A stretch of DNA of 64,000 nt, taken from contig OX597816.1 of NCBI GenBank assembly GCA_951406725.2, forward strand, positions 133,796,001 to 133,860,000, read 5' to 3'. The notes under the pieces are model-generated. The model had not been told where the DNA came from, did no database searches, and was given only the letters and a program-made list of their open reading frames with translations. This stretch comes from Octopus vulgaris. Lineage: Eukaryota. A program made the position numbers and the translations under genes. Below, piece after piece: positions 52,271-64,000 of the stretch (the first letter of the stretch is position 1; the number at the start of each line of letters is the position of its first letter).

Positions 52271-53744
52271 CTTTACTATACACTATAAATAGAACACTAA
52301 CAGATAGAAAAGATGATGAGCTAGATCTAAACAAAGTGGGGTTTGCCAATAAGAAGGGGAACTTGTTACAGAAATATCTATTCCAGCATTCTCATCTGGT
52401 CCATACAAGCATGGAAAAGGAGATATTACAACAATGATGATATCATACAGACACCTCCCCACAATGGAAATTCTGATCATGGAATTCTGCTTTTTGTGAA
52501 AATTGTAATGTATGAACAATGATTCAGGGAATATGTGCCTACATGTTTCTCTTCCATCCTTGTCATGTTTGAGCATGCACCAATTCAACTAACATTGCTT
52601 TCCATTGACCTCAACATACCAACATCTACCTATTCCCTTTTCAGCATCCCCTTAACTTGTTTTTGAATATATCAATTTGACCTACCTTGGTCTTACTAAT
52701 TTTAATCAAACAGAACTCTCTCCCACTTCACATCTACCCTTTCCATTTTTTCATTTATATTTTTGTACTGAAGCAATAAAACAAATACTTTTTGCTGATG
52801 CAGAACATATATTTGCCTAGGATTCTATTGTTTTACTATTTGGTATGGATTTAACTACTAACACAAAGAGTGAAGTACATTACTCTGATTCAAGACAACT
52901 AGAAAGAGACCATCAAATGGCAGTGAATGCAGAAGTGCAAAAAACATCATAAAAAGATTATATTGAGCATTAAACTTGTTTTTTTACAATTTATACCTAT
53001 GTGTCACAATTTGCAGTTCTGCCTAAAAAGTTTTGTACCTTTAATACCAAACAATGTCTCTGACTCCTAAATTATTCATATAGTTCTAAAATTAATAGTT
53101 AAGTTAATGCTAACATATTTAATGCAGTGAACATTAAGAAGCTAACCAGAAATACTTATGGTTATGAAAAAACAATATTAGTCAATGACTGATATTAAAT
53201 TAATTATTTTATCAAGTATGAGAAACAAATCTAGGCATATTTTGGCCTTATTATAATCTCATCAGTGAATCCTTGCCAAAGTAATGATGAGAGACAACTA
53301 AAATTTACAATGTGTCACTAGTTGGTGTAGAAAAATGAAATTGTTTAGGAACCAATCACAGTAATAATGAAGAAAGCAATTCGTGAATTGTGCCTTGATA
53401 ATTGAGAGTATGGTTAAGACATCAATTACAAAATATGTTGATATAAATTCTTCACAACCTTGACAAGCCAAGTGCATTTCTAATTACAACCTATAATTTC
53501 TAAAGCACTAAGAAATATAGTATCAATGACTATATATCTTGTTCAAAATACAGTGAATTGTATCATAATATTTCAACAGCAGTTAAAAGTTGAAAATATG
53601 CTTTTACCATATGCAATATTTTTCCTTTCTTATTCTATATCTGATTAGGTATGTCACAAATTCAATTGAAAATGTACTGCATTTCAGATTACTGACAACC
53701 GTCTAATTTCTACATGCCACCTGTATGCATGAGAAGGTGTTTAA

Positions 53745-53950
53745 CCCTTTAGCATTAAAGTTGACCTTATCTGGCCCAATTATTCAACCTGTTTTATGTT
53801 CAAACTGGCTAGTTCTGAGCTCTCACACCTACCCTACAATGCAATCCTAAAAGTAAACAATCACATCATCAAAATCTTAAAGCTATGAAAAAGTGCATAA
53901 TTAATTCAAAACAATGTTACACTTGACAGAGTAATCTGAATGCTAAAAGG
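53745..53950. mobile_element. TTAA-target (piggyBac-like) MITE family C, best-preserved copy
   Basis: TTAA-CCCTTTAGCATT ... AATGCTAAAAGG-TTAA: 12-bp TIR with one mismatch and a TTAA TSD. Confidence 0.85.
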
Positions 53951-54834
53951 TTAAAGTGTTGAATGAAAGAGAAATTTAAAAAATTGTAATCAAACATGAA
54001 AAGAAAAGTAAAGAAAGGCTAACATTCTTAAATGGTATCTATATTTGATGGAATATGAGGCATCATCTAATCTCTGAAAGACTAAATAATCTTTTTTATT
54101 CAAAACTAATTTTGCTTAGTTAATATTGCCTGTGTTTATGCAAGGTTTAACAATCTCCTTTACCTCAATCAAACTAATAAATAAGCCCTAAATTTTTCAG
54201 TCCAGTAGTTAGCAATGCAAAAAGCATCCAGCTAAAATATGCAAGTATCAACATTTTCAAAACCATCCACCATTCACTCAAAACTAGTGTATAAAAATAA
54301 ATGCAACACAGAGAAATAAAAATCTCATGGATGAAAATTCCTTTAATGAAAACCTTTATATTTCATTTAGTCAAAAATTGGTGAAGTGAACAAAAATTAT
54401 TAGTTTCTTAAAAGAAAATAAATTGGCTTATTAGTTAGAAATTGAACCAATTCCTGTTGCCAAAATAGTTTTAATGGTACTGCAACATCTCGTTATATAA
54501 ACTACACTAGGTGAAAAATGAAACAGAACAGAATTTATTTTCTGATCTTGGGGAAAAAATAATTACATGCTATTTTTCACTTATACTGAATTCAAAATTT
54601 TAAAAAAAACTTATACATGAAAAAATAAAATGTTAATGTTGTAAGTGCACAAAATAAATAAAATGAATAAAAGTTTCTCAGAAGTAAATGAGAATAAGAA
54701 AAGTTTAGGAAACATGAAGTCAAATGGTAAAGTAAAAGCACTCTTATAAAATAATGCAAAATTGATTTCATTTAAAAGATCAATTTCCTATATCTTTCTG
54801 AATGCTTATACTTCTATGATTATAATAATGATTC

Positions 54835-54992
54835 CTTAACATGGGCACAAGGCCACAATTTTTTCTATTTAAATTGTGGGCGGGGGTGGGGAGTAGACAG
54901 TTGATTATATCAATTCCAGGGCTTCAATAATTTTTTTTATCAATCATGGAAGGATGAAAGGCTAAGTCAGTCCATAGAGGATTTGAATTCAA
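54835..54992 (-). mobile_element. Degenerate SINE family B
   Basis: GGCACAAGGCC...GAAGGATGAAAGGCTAAGTCAG...GGATTTGAATTC. Confidence 0.6.
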
Positions 54993-55503
54993 AGCATACA
55001 AACTTAACTACAGGTTTTCCTCCTCAAATTCATCGTTATCAACCTCAGTTATATCAATATCAAATTCATCGTTGTCAGCATCATTTTCATTATCTTCAGC
55101 CTCAATTATGTTGTCATCTATCTTGATTTTGTCATTTTCAACTTCAATTTAAATGTCATCAGCGTAGGGCAGAGTAATTTTTATTTTTATAAACAGGTAT
55201 TGATATCAGTGATTACTTGTTAAAGAATTATAAAAGAGTATAAACAGTAAAAAGTTTTGTAAACTATTACAAATTTTGTATAATAAAAATTGTCACACCT
55301 TACTTTACCATAAATATACATATAGTTAGTGTATTAGGTATAAAATTACATTACTATACTGCATCCTGAAACAGCACATATTCTCTCTTAATGACCCCAT
55401 AAGCTTGCTAGCATCCAATATGTAGAGCTTTCAACTAGTAGCTCTTGCATCCACAAGTTGTTTGTAAAAAAATCATGTACAACACAACAAAAGCAAATAT
55501 CAA

Positions 55504-55609
55504 TTTACCTTCTTATTCATTATTCCCATTTCTTAGCTCTCTTAACATATTCCTAAAAAGGGAATATGTCAAGAGAGTTAAGAAATGAGAATAATGAGTA
55601 AAAGGTTAA
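55504..55609. repeat. ~50-bp-arm hairpin (inverted repeat)
   Basis: 55504-55553 pairs with 55561-55609 around a 7-nt loop (TAAAAAG), with few mismatches. Confidence 0.85.
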
Positions 55610-55639
55610 AATGATGTTATATATTTGGTCTTTGTCGTG

Positions 55640-56940
55640 TTGGTACCACTCTGTATGGAAAATGATAAGTTGAAGCTCCCCATCAGCAACCTGAGAGAAG
55701 AATTAGTGGTGACCCATGCTAAGGAAATGTTACAATACCAAGACTCCTGTGACCCTAAAGACTCTCAGGCTATCACTGAAGTGAGAACAGAACAGAAGTG
55801 GAGAGCAGGAGTGGGGCTATCAAGATGAAGTCATGGGTAAGATACAGAGTGCTCTTGGGCATTATACCTTATGGAAGGGCTGGCTTGAGTAGTAATACAA
55901 CATCTCATGATGACAAGGTGAAAGGAAAGGACAGGAATGAGGTGCAAGTATTGACTGAGGAGGAACAAACCAACAGAAGCTGAGATGAGGCACCAGGACT
56001 CCTTGCTAAGATGGAACAAAGTGGTAGCATGCAAAGTATGACCTTTGGAGATCAGAACACCAAATAGAAACTCTAATTTAGGCAGTTTATGATACCTTAC
56101 CTAGTCTATCCAACTTGCTCAGCAGGGGAAAGTTGGAGTTACCAGCTTTCCCACAGTGTCTGAAGAGAGGAACCCTGGAGCATATCCTCAGTAGTTGGCC
56201 AAAAGCCCTGGGAAAGGGACATTATTGCTGGAAACATGATCAGATTTTGATAGTCATAGCCGCCATAGCCAACACCATCCAAAGTGAATTTAGCCATAGC
56301 AAGCACCTCTGTTCTACAAAGAAGATTATCACCTTTGTCAAGGCTGGTGTGAAGATGCTAGCTGTCAGGTTTGCCTCTCTGGGCCAACATGCAACAGCAA
56401 AAGATTGGGAGCTGAATGGTCAACCTGAGCAAGCAACTATAGTTCATAGAACTGTTGCTTCAACATCACTAAGACTGGATAGGATGCTGATCTCAAAAGC
56501 ATCCAAGCAGGTGGTTCTATTAGAACTTTCTTTTCTCTGTGAGGATCACACTGGGGAGGCAAATAAGAGTAAAAGAAGGAAATATTTGGGCTGGTGGAAC
56601 TATGCCAGAACAATGGGTGGCAAGCAAAAATGATCCTATTGAGGCGAGATGCAGAGGTTGGCAGGTTAGTCCTCTCTGCAGAAAGCTTACAACATGCTGT
56701 GCATCACCGGAACAAGTAGGCAGAAGGCCATCAAGGCCTGTGGAGACAGTAGAGGTTGCTTTAAGGTAGCTGTGAATCAAGAGGTGAAGGCTGTGAAAGG
56801 AACAATGCTAATTGGGTATGGACTGGGATTTAATCAACCTTGGCTGGGCCACCTGGGTGAGAGTATCCAATTTTCAAAGACTTGAAACACATAATGACCC
56901 CAGGAAACATCAGTGATGATGTGTCAAACTGCATCACAAG
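55640..56940 (+). mobile_element. Hero-type (R2 group, restriction-like endonuclease) non-LTR retrotransposon, 3' fragment
   Basis: KLKLPIS..REE..VT..KEMLQYQDS.DPK...EVRT.QKWRA, the zinc-knuckle region PQC..RGTLEHILS..PKALG.GHY.WKHDQIL, FVKAG, ATAKDW, TSLRLD..L.S...KQVVLLELS...ED (PD-(D/E)xK nuclease) and PIEARCRG. Frameshifted. Confidence 0.85.
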
Positions 56941-58089
56941 ATAATGTATGGAAAAACTATACAGGTAGTTTACATCTAATGCATTAAATATATGCATATA
57001 TGTGATAATGTAACATGCAAGTATTTTTATTATACAGAACTTTTAATTCTTTACAAAACTTTTTAATTTTTACACTCTTTTACAATTCTGTGACAAGTAA
57101 TCACTGATATCAACCCATTTATAAGAAAAAACTTCCATCTACAGTAATGACAATTAAGTTGTTGATAATAAAATCAAAAGTCAACAACATAATCAACACT
57201 GAAAATAATGAAATTGAGGCTGATGATGAATTTGAAGTTGACAATGACAAATTTGAAGAGGGAACTCTGTAAAAGCTCCAGGGCCTTTTATCTATGTGCC
57301 CTCTACCAAATCTCCCAATCTACTGTCCTCTCCTATGAATATAATCAAACTAAGGTCACAATTTATTTATGAAATGTTATTGTATTCTTTTAGAAAGAAA
57401 GAAAAAAAAAGCTATCTGTAAATTTCAGATGGGGATTAACAGGCTTCATAAAATACAGAAGTCTGCAAATTTTATCTATTGAAATCAGAGTCAAGACACA
57501 CAAGAAGCAGTGAAATTATATATTTATATTTCAACATCAGAATATACCTTTAATCAGTTTACCATGGATATAAGAAGGGCAACTTAAACATAAAAATACA
57601 TGACTTCATTCTGAACTCCAGAAATATTGTTGAGTTAAAAATAGTTATAAGGTTAATAAAATAATTGTAATGATGTTTATAACAATGATTATTACAAACT
57701 TACATAATGTAATTTAAAAGCATTCTCTAGATAGTTTTATTATGGACACAAGAGACAATTTAAACACAAAAATAACATTATATGATTCTATTTTAAAACT
57801 GAAAACCAGAAATGTTCAATTAAAAATAGTTATGTTATTTGGTGCAGTTGTATTTTAGAAAATTATGAGATAATATTTCTATAACAAAAGCCACATAGAC
57901 AAAACATACACAGGCAAAACAAATAGAACCTTTCAAACAAAAAAAAAGATATGTGTATTCTAGTATCCATAGTAAAGTGACTGCTTCACTTCAATCTTGT
58001 TAATTACATCACCATAATCACTGTCTTACCATTCTCTTTTCTTTGCTGGCATGGGTTGAAAGAATTTGCATTATAGTATATATTGTTAC

Positions 58090-58555
58090 TCCTCTTAATC
58101 TTGTGTTACCTTAGCAAGTTAAACTGAAGCACAATAACTGTTGAGATTAAGATGGACTGTTAAACCACCTGAAAGCCACCTGCTAATTTGTTCCAACAAT
58201 GGCACTCAACTCAAGGAGGTCAGCAATATCAAGTACCTAGGATCCTATGTTGCTGGCAGTAAAAAAGATTTCCTGATATACAAGAAACAAGCCTGAAGTG
58301 TCTGTAACAAATTTCAAAACATCTGATAATCAAATATTCCAAAGTCAACAAGGGTGGCCTTCTCGAAGGCATATGTAGAGAACATTCTTCTTTATAGAGT
58401 CAAAACTTAGTCTATGAAGGAGGTTCAAGAAAACACTGGTGGTATGTACATCATGCTTGTCATGAAAGCTCAAAACATCTCATGAAGTAAGCACAAGACA
58501 AAAGCAATTTATGAACATATTCCACCCAATTCTACTAAAGCAAAACGAATATGAC
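58090..58555 (+). mobile_element. Decayed RTE-group LINE RT C-terminal remnant
   Basis: GTQLKEVSNIKYLGSYVAGSKKDF...QA*SVCNK...AYVENILLYRVKT*, compared with FKYLGS...AWSACNKL...VESILLYGSETW. Confidence 0.7.
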
Positions 58556-59836
58556 AGGGTGAGAATACAGCTCCATGATAGATGAGTGGTTTCAGGCAGA
58601 TGGTTAGTATAGATACTTAAACTATCCTAGGATGATGTAGTATATAATGTATGTATTTATGATTAGTGCACCACCAGTTTCAGATGTGCGAATTAAATTT
58701 TAGTGTCAGGTATTATGTAAAGAGTTAATCACTGACAAAAATTATTTTCTAGCTTTCTTATTTTTCAAACTATCAAGAGCCATATTATCCAATGTATCCT
58801 TTCCTTATTTAAGATAGTAGTATATGTAGTTTGAGAGTAATGTGGATATTATTTTAAACCACACTGACCAATGTCAAGTAGCCATACTGACATTGAATTA
58901 TTGACCTGAGGATACCTGAGATTGTTAGATATAGTATTTGCAGATTAATATCTCATGGTATCCTTTATGCTTAGATATCCCAAGGACAGTTTCTCCTTTC
59001 TTCAATATGGATGAAGAATTAATTGCCACATATCTCATAAAATTACCATTGCTATAATTGAAAATAGTGTATTTTCTTCCCTAATTTCATATTTAATCTG
59101 CAAATGTACAATAAACATAGAAATCCAGCCACTATATTCACTAATCCTAGTGTTTTCAACAAGAAAATTTCAATGAACTACATGACATGAAAACAGCTAA
59201 AAGACACTACCAAAACAGAACAGGAGGAGACATGTGGGATGGAGAGATGGTGAAGAGGTCACAAGATGTGTAACAAAAGATTTCAGACAAAGAACACTAA
59301 AATAATAATAATAATAATAAGGCTGAAGTGAAGAATGAATATATAGTGCATGTGGTTAATTAGCGGGGGGAAAAATGGCCATTCCCAAATATAACAATAC
59401 GGAAGAGTTAAAAATCCAATTACAGCGCTTCATATTAATAACAACCATTTGGTTAGTTACATATGTTGATAATGGTTTCTATAATCATGTAGAATTTTAC
59501 ATAAATTTTAACAAAAAAATTATTGTACTTGGTTTACAGTGAAAAGTACATTACCAAAGTCAAAATAAAACCTTTCAAACATAAAATATACTCCTGCTAT
59601 TTGGAAATAATCTATTGATTATATTGGCACAGGCCTAGTAGTTAGGGTATTGCACTTATGATCACCAGATTGATTCCCAGCATGTTGTGTTCATGTGCAA
59701 AACACATTGTTTAGCTCTAGTGCTGTGTAGTGACTGGCATATCAAAGAATAAATCCAATGTTTCCTATGCATATCATAAAAGTCGACTAAAAGAGTTTGA
59801 GGTAGGATTTGTACTCCAACCTTGTAAAACCCTCAC

Positions 59837-60012
59837 CTACAATGCCCTATGGGTTGAAGGATTGTCACCTCCATGGTGCAAAAGTGTAGGGAATTACCAA
59901 CAAATGGTGGATGCAGCAACACACTGTTACAGCACATGCCCCCACCACTACTATATTGGTAAACTTTACAGGTATACCAAGATATAAAAGGAAAATTCAA
60001 GACTGAATAAAC
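59837..60012 (-). other. Candidate exon (176 bp)
   Basis: Minus strand reads tttattgtgtttcag|GTTTATTC...ATTGTAG|gtgagg. One frame is open but has no recognisable homology. Confidence 0.4.
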
Positions 60013-60684
60013 CTGAAACACAATAAACTAAACAGTAAGTAAAATTAACAATTTTCTCATGGATTTCTTGAAAACAGAAAGCAAATTAATTTAAGCAGGA
60101 AATTGTAATATAATCTTGACTCAAGTTTTCAAAATAACATTGAACTAAGAAAATTAATTCCCATCTGCAAATTGAAGTTGAAGCTGTTTTTCAAGAGTCT
60201 GATCACTTACCTAGACCTTTCTCACACTTAAACCTAAATGATATATGAGAGAATTTTATATAAAAATACTCACATCACATAGGTAGTATGGTCACTTGGA
60301 AAGAATATGTAAGCTACTTAAAGCTAGAAATTCATGGTAATTGGAATTGAAAAAAAAACAGAAAAAAACTAATGGAAATTTGGCCTACTAACTGAAATGA
60401 GCTGATTTATATGACAAGTTGACTATAAACTAAATGATGACAGCAAACTAAGATGATATATCCAAACCTCAGCAATAGAGAAAGGTAGTAAAATATTTTA
60501 ATGTCTAGTTTTCCAATGTGGTATCAGTTAAGTCTATGGCCCAGTATCCATGATGATGTCTCAATCTTTGCTAATCGTATCAATGATGTCAAACATCTGA
60601 TCTGCATAATTCCTTCCAAGTCTTCCTAAAGTTTATGACAATCTTTTATCCATCATATGCAATACATATATAATAATACAAAGA

Positions 60685-60727
60685 CATGTATATATATATA
60701 CACACACATTTGCGTGTATATATGTAC

Positions 60728-60780
<53 letters not shown>

Positions 60781-60810
60781 CACACATACATGCATGTGTG
60801 TGTATATATT
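60685..60810. repeat. (TA)n/(CA)n microsatellite
   Basis: Directly visible. Confidence 0.85.
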
Positions 60811-62849
60811 GTCTAACCTCCAACCATTACCATACCTGACTGTCTGTCAATACTACCTCAGCACCAAAGATCGCTGATAATACATTCCCCCAAAAAGTGA
60901 TTCTAACAAAAGACATTTTTCTTTTATTGTTCAATTAGCAAAGGAAAGCAGCACTGTGAGTTTGTAAGTTATTTTCAGGCAGGAAACCTGGCCCAATGCT
61001 TCCAAAAGAGTGGTTTCTACAGAAGGCGTCCATGGTCAGGCAGAAACGGTTCAACAGGAAGATAGATCAGGTTTACCATCAGAGAGCAGGTACGAGCTGA
61101 TGTTACTTTTGCACAGTTTCTGTCAAGTAAATTCCACTCACAAGACTAGGGTTGACACAAAATTATATTAGCAGACACTTTCTCAAGGGACTACAAAGTG
61201 GGATTAAACCCGAGACCATGTAATTTATGCCGGCAACAAATATTCTCAAAAAGTGAAAGTTAAAGTCAATCACTGACCACACACAAGGTCATCAGAGGAA
61301 ATTTTTGTTTGTATTGTATTATGCCTCAAAACAAAAACATATTTGCCTCAGTCTACCTATACGAAAGAAACACTGTCAATTCATAGCGCAGTTGATAAAC
61401 ATTAACAAAAATAATTGATCCCACTGTTTACGTTTCGCATTTGAAGAGTTATTTACACTGCTGCTTTCCATTGCTAACCCAAAAAGTAATAATAATAAAA
61501 CTTTTGCATTTTCATGTTTGAGGGGCAGAAACTATGGCACATTTAAGCATACGAAACAAATTTGTAAATTAGATTTGTAGTACTCAACACCCTTTTGACA
61601 TTAGAAGCCAATGAAACACTCATCAGCAGTACAGTACAGTACTGTCACATCGGCTAATTATACTACCTTTTGGTACCTACTTATAGATAGTTAAATTAGG
61701 CTACTGAGTGCTAAGTGTCTTGGTTATGGATACTATACATCTGTAATAGGATACGAAATCACCATGCCTACAGTTGGTTATCCATTATAACAACTTGGCC
61801 ATATATGAAGCTTCATTTCTAGAACTATGCCACCTGGAAACAGAAAAACACACAACTAAACTATGATATCATTATATGATGTCAGCTGATTCAGCCAAAT
61901 TTACAAGATTTTTACTCCATTTTATTGGTCTCTGCTGCTAGTGTAGTACATCTGAAATATTAACATTCAAAACTAGATGTCTAGTGTTTCTATATTCAGC
62001 ACATGACTAGGTGAGGTATATAAATAGAATCACTAAGACCCTTTTTTTATTTAGCTCAGTCAACAGATTTTTTAGGCCACTCTGAATTCAAAACAAACTT
62101 CCATCTCTACAAAAGTTAAACAATACTCGAACACGCTAAATTCAAAAACATGTGAGAGGAAGAGAAAAATGGTGCCTAACTGCAACAAGAAACAATCCTT
62201 TGTATTTGAAAACCATGCTTCCCAACACCTGCTTAAAAAAAACAAAAAAAAAAACAATAACAATTTCTAGGACTTAATTACAATTATTTAGGAATCTACA
62301 GAAATTTCGTTGACTAGAAATTATCCACTACATTTAAGCCCTTATGAATGAGATGAATATAAAAGCAGCAGATAACAATAGATTTTTCTGTCAACTAAAC
62401 CACATGAGTATCATTAATTTTCACTTCCTAACAATAATAAAACAATAAGGGCCTATATTTTATTGCAGTTGTAACTGAAGCTTTCGGGTCAGCCTGACCT
62501 CATGTTAATAGTAAATCATATAGAATTAAAAGATAAAATTAATTGCGTTTTCTCAATATACATCAATATTAGAATTATTGACAAAACTGGTGAAGAACAC
62601 CTAGGCACGCCGAATGCCTGCTTATAACTAAAAATGAAATTGAATAAAAGATCATTAATAATTCATCTCTTGGTAAACCAACTGCTTTCAATTTGAAATT
62701 AATATTTGTTTGTTTTTACAGAACTATTTACAATTCTGAGAAAGGCATTTATTCATAATTATTTCAATTCTGCTATACAAAAATAATATTTTTTGCTTGC
62801 ATTTATGAGGCTTGCCTGAAGACAACAAAGTAGAAAACTCATAACACAT

Positions 62850-64000
62850 TTCCCGAAAGTTTCGAGAGAATTTTTTTTTTCTTTTTTTTTTTGATGGAGG
62901 GAGGGGAGATTTATTTCATATTGAATGAAAATATATTCCATCATGATTATTCGTACATAAGAACAAGCTTGAAAATCAACAATGGTAATTCGAATTAAGA
63001 GCAGTGTTGATCTAATGCAGGCATGCATTACATTACAAAACAGCGTATTAATTAATAACTGCTACTTTGTTTTGAATACCTAACTTCATTACACATGAAA
63101 ACATCGGCCTGGTAGGCTTCAAGAAAATATATCAACGACTTGTAACTTACTAATCGCACAAAATTTTTGAAAAATTTGCGAAGACAGAAGTTACAAAATA
63201 AAAATACTTTTTCGTTTATTAGTTTTATAATCAAGCGCTCGGCTTGAAAGGAAAAAAGAAACGGTAAAACTTTGACAGAATGGATTAAGCATATCGTTTC
63301 AGTTAGCAAAAACAAGTTAATGATAAAGGGATAAAATACTAAGTAATATTAAATTAAAGTTAATGAGGTTTAGGTTTACGAAATTAGTAACACATAAAGG
63401 TGGGTGCATTGATAAGATGAGTATAATACAAATTGTGAATTGAATGGATGTAAACGAAAATACAATCACGGTAACAGTACTGGAGAGGTTAACGAAGTTA
63501 CTTTATAAGCATGATCCGTAGTATGATCATAAATAGACTGTATGAAAAGGAGAATAAAGGTCCTAAAAGAGGAATTGTTCGAAAACAGTTACGAATAAAT
63601 GTCTATGTCAACAACTCGACAACTGCAGATAGTTTCAGTACCAGATTTGGAATGTGTACTGAAGTGGCGTGATGCTCTTTCGGAAAATGAAATATCTTAT
63701 CTGTAGCACAGTAAGAGACTGATAGTATGATTACGGGTTAGAGGAAGAAATAGCTGATTTTTAAAAACTGTTCAGAGTTACAGAACAATATAAACATGTA
63801 CACGCCTTTACGTTAAGTATGTCAAACGGTCACATATATTTACAGTTCGAACCCAGAGAACACTAATTAGCCATTCTAAATTTTCATTATATTAAGAATG
63901 TCCACCGATGTTAATATTTCGCTTCTTGGTAATAAATAGACTTTGAAGTAACTTCAATAAAAGTAAAAGATCACAGAAAAGAAAATTACAAAATTTCGAC
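62850..64000. promoter_or_regulatory. CpG-retaining zone, possibly promoter-proximal and unmethylated
   Basis: About 30 CpG in about 1.15 kb by hand count, versus almost none in similarly AT-rich DNA such as 57300-58300. Confidence 0.3.

Larger units (their letters stand above)
55011..57269. mobile_element. TA-flanked fold-back element with ~250-280-bp imperfect terminal inverted repeats
   Basis: TA-CAGGTTTTCCTCCTCAAATT... (55011 to about 55291) is the reverse complement of ...AATTTGAAGAGGGAACTCTG-TA (about 57023-57269). Shared core TTGATATCAGTGATTACTTGT. Confidence 0.75.

Noticed and set aside
60211-60323. Two adjacent minus-strand micro-exons
   Set aside because: The implied intron is only about 40 bp; more likely chance or alternative donor sites.

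Overview
AT-rich, repeat-dense eukaryotic DNA containing one 100-N assembly gap (26189-26288). The repeat content (CORE-type OR1/OR2-like tRNA-SINEs, abundant RTE LINE tails, very long (TA)n tracts) suggests a coleoid cephalopod such as Octopus; this is an inference. I found no recognisable host protein-coding gene. Every ORF I could identify is a transposon remnant (RTE, CR1/L2-group, Penelope-like, Hero/R2-group, two mariners, pogo, hAT) or a microsatellite artefact. Several minus-strand segments have good splice signals but stops in all frames, and CpG density rises at the right end, so the window may lie inside a spliced non-coding or long 5'-UTR transcript. The most notable structure is a 533-bp tandem unit (24773-26188) in which each of the two direct copies carries a complete minus-strand type I hammerhead ribozyme, resembling a retrozyme or Penelope pseudo-LTR. 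Other points of interest: a second hammerhead family, a PHD finger inside an RTE reverse transcriptase, an RTE-like ORF end with three C2H2 fingers, a templated 290-bp duplication, and a fold-back element carrying a Hero fragment. All coordinates were read by eye; those of degenerate elements are approximate.
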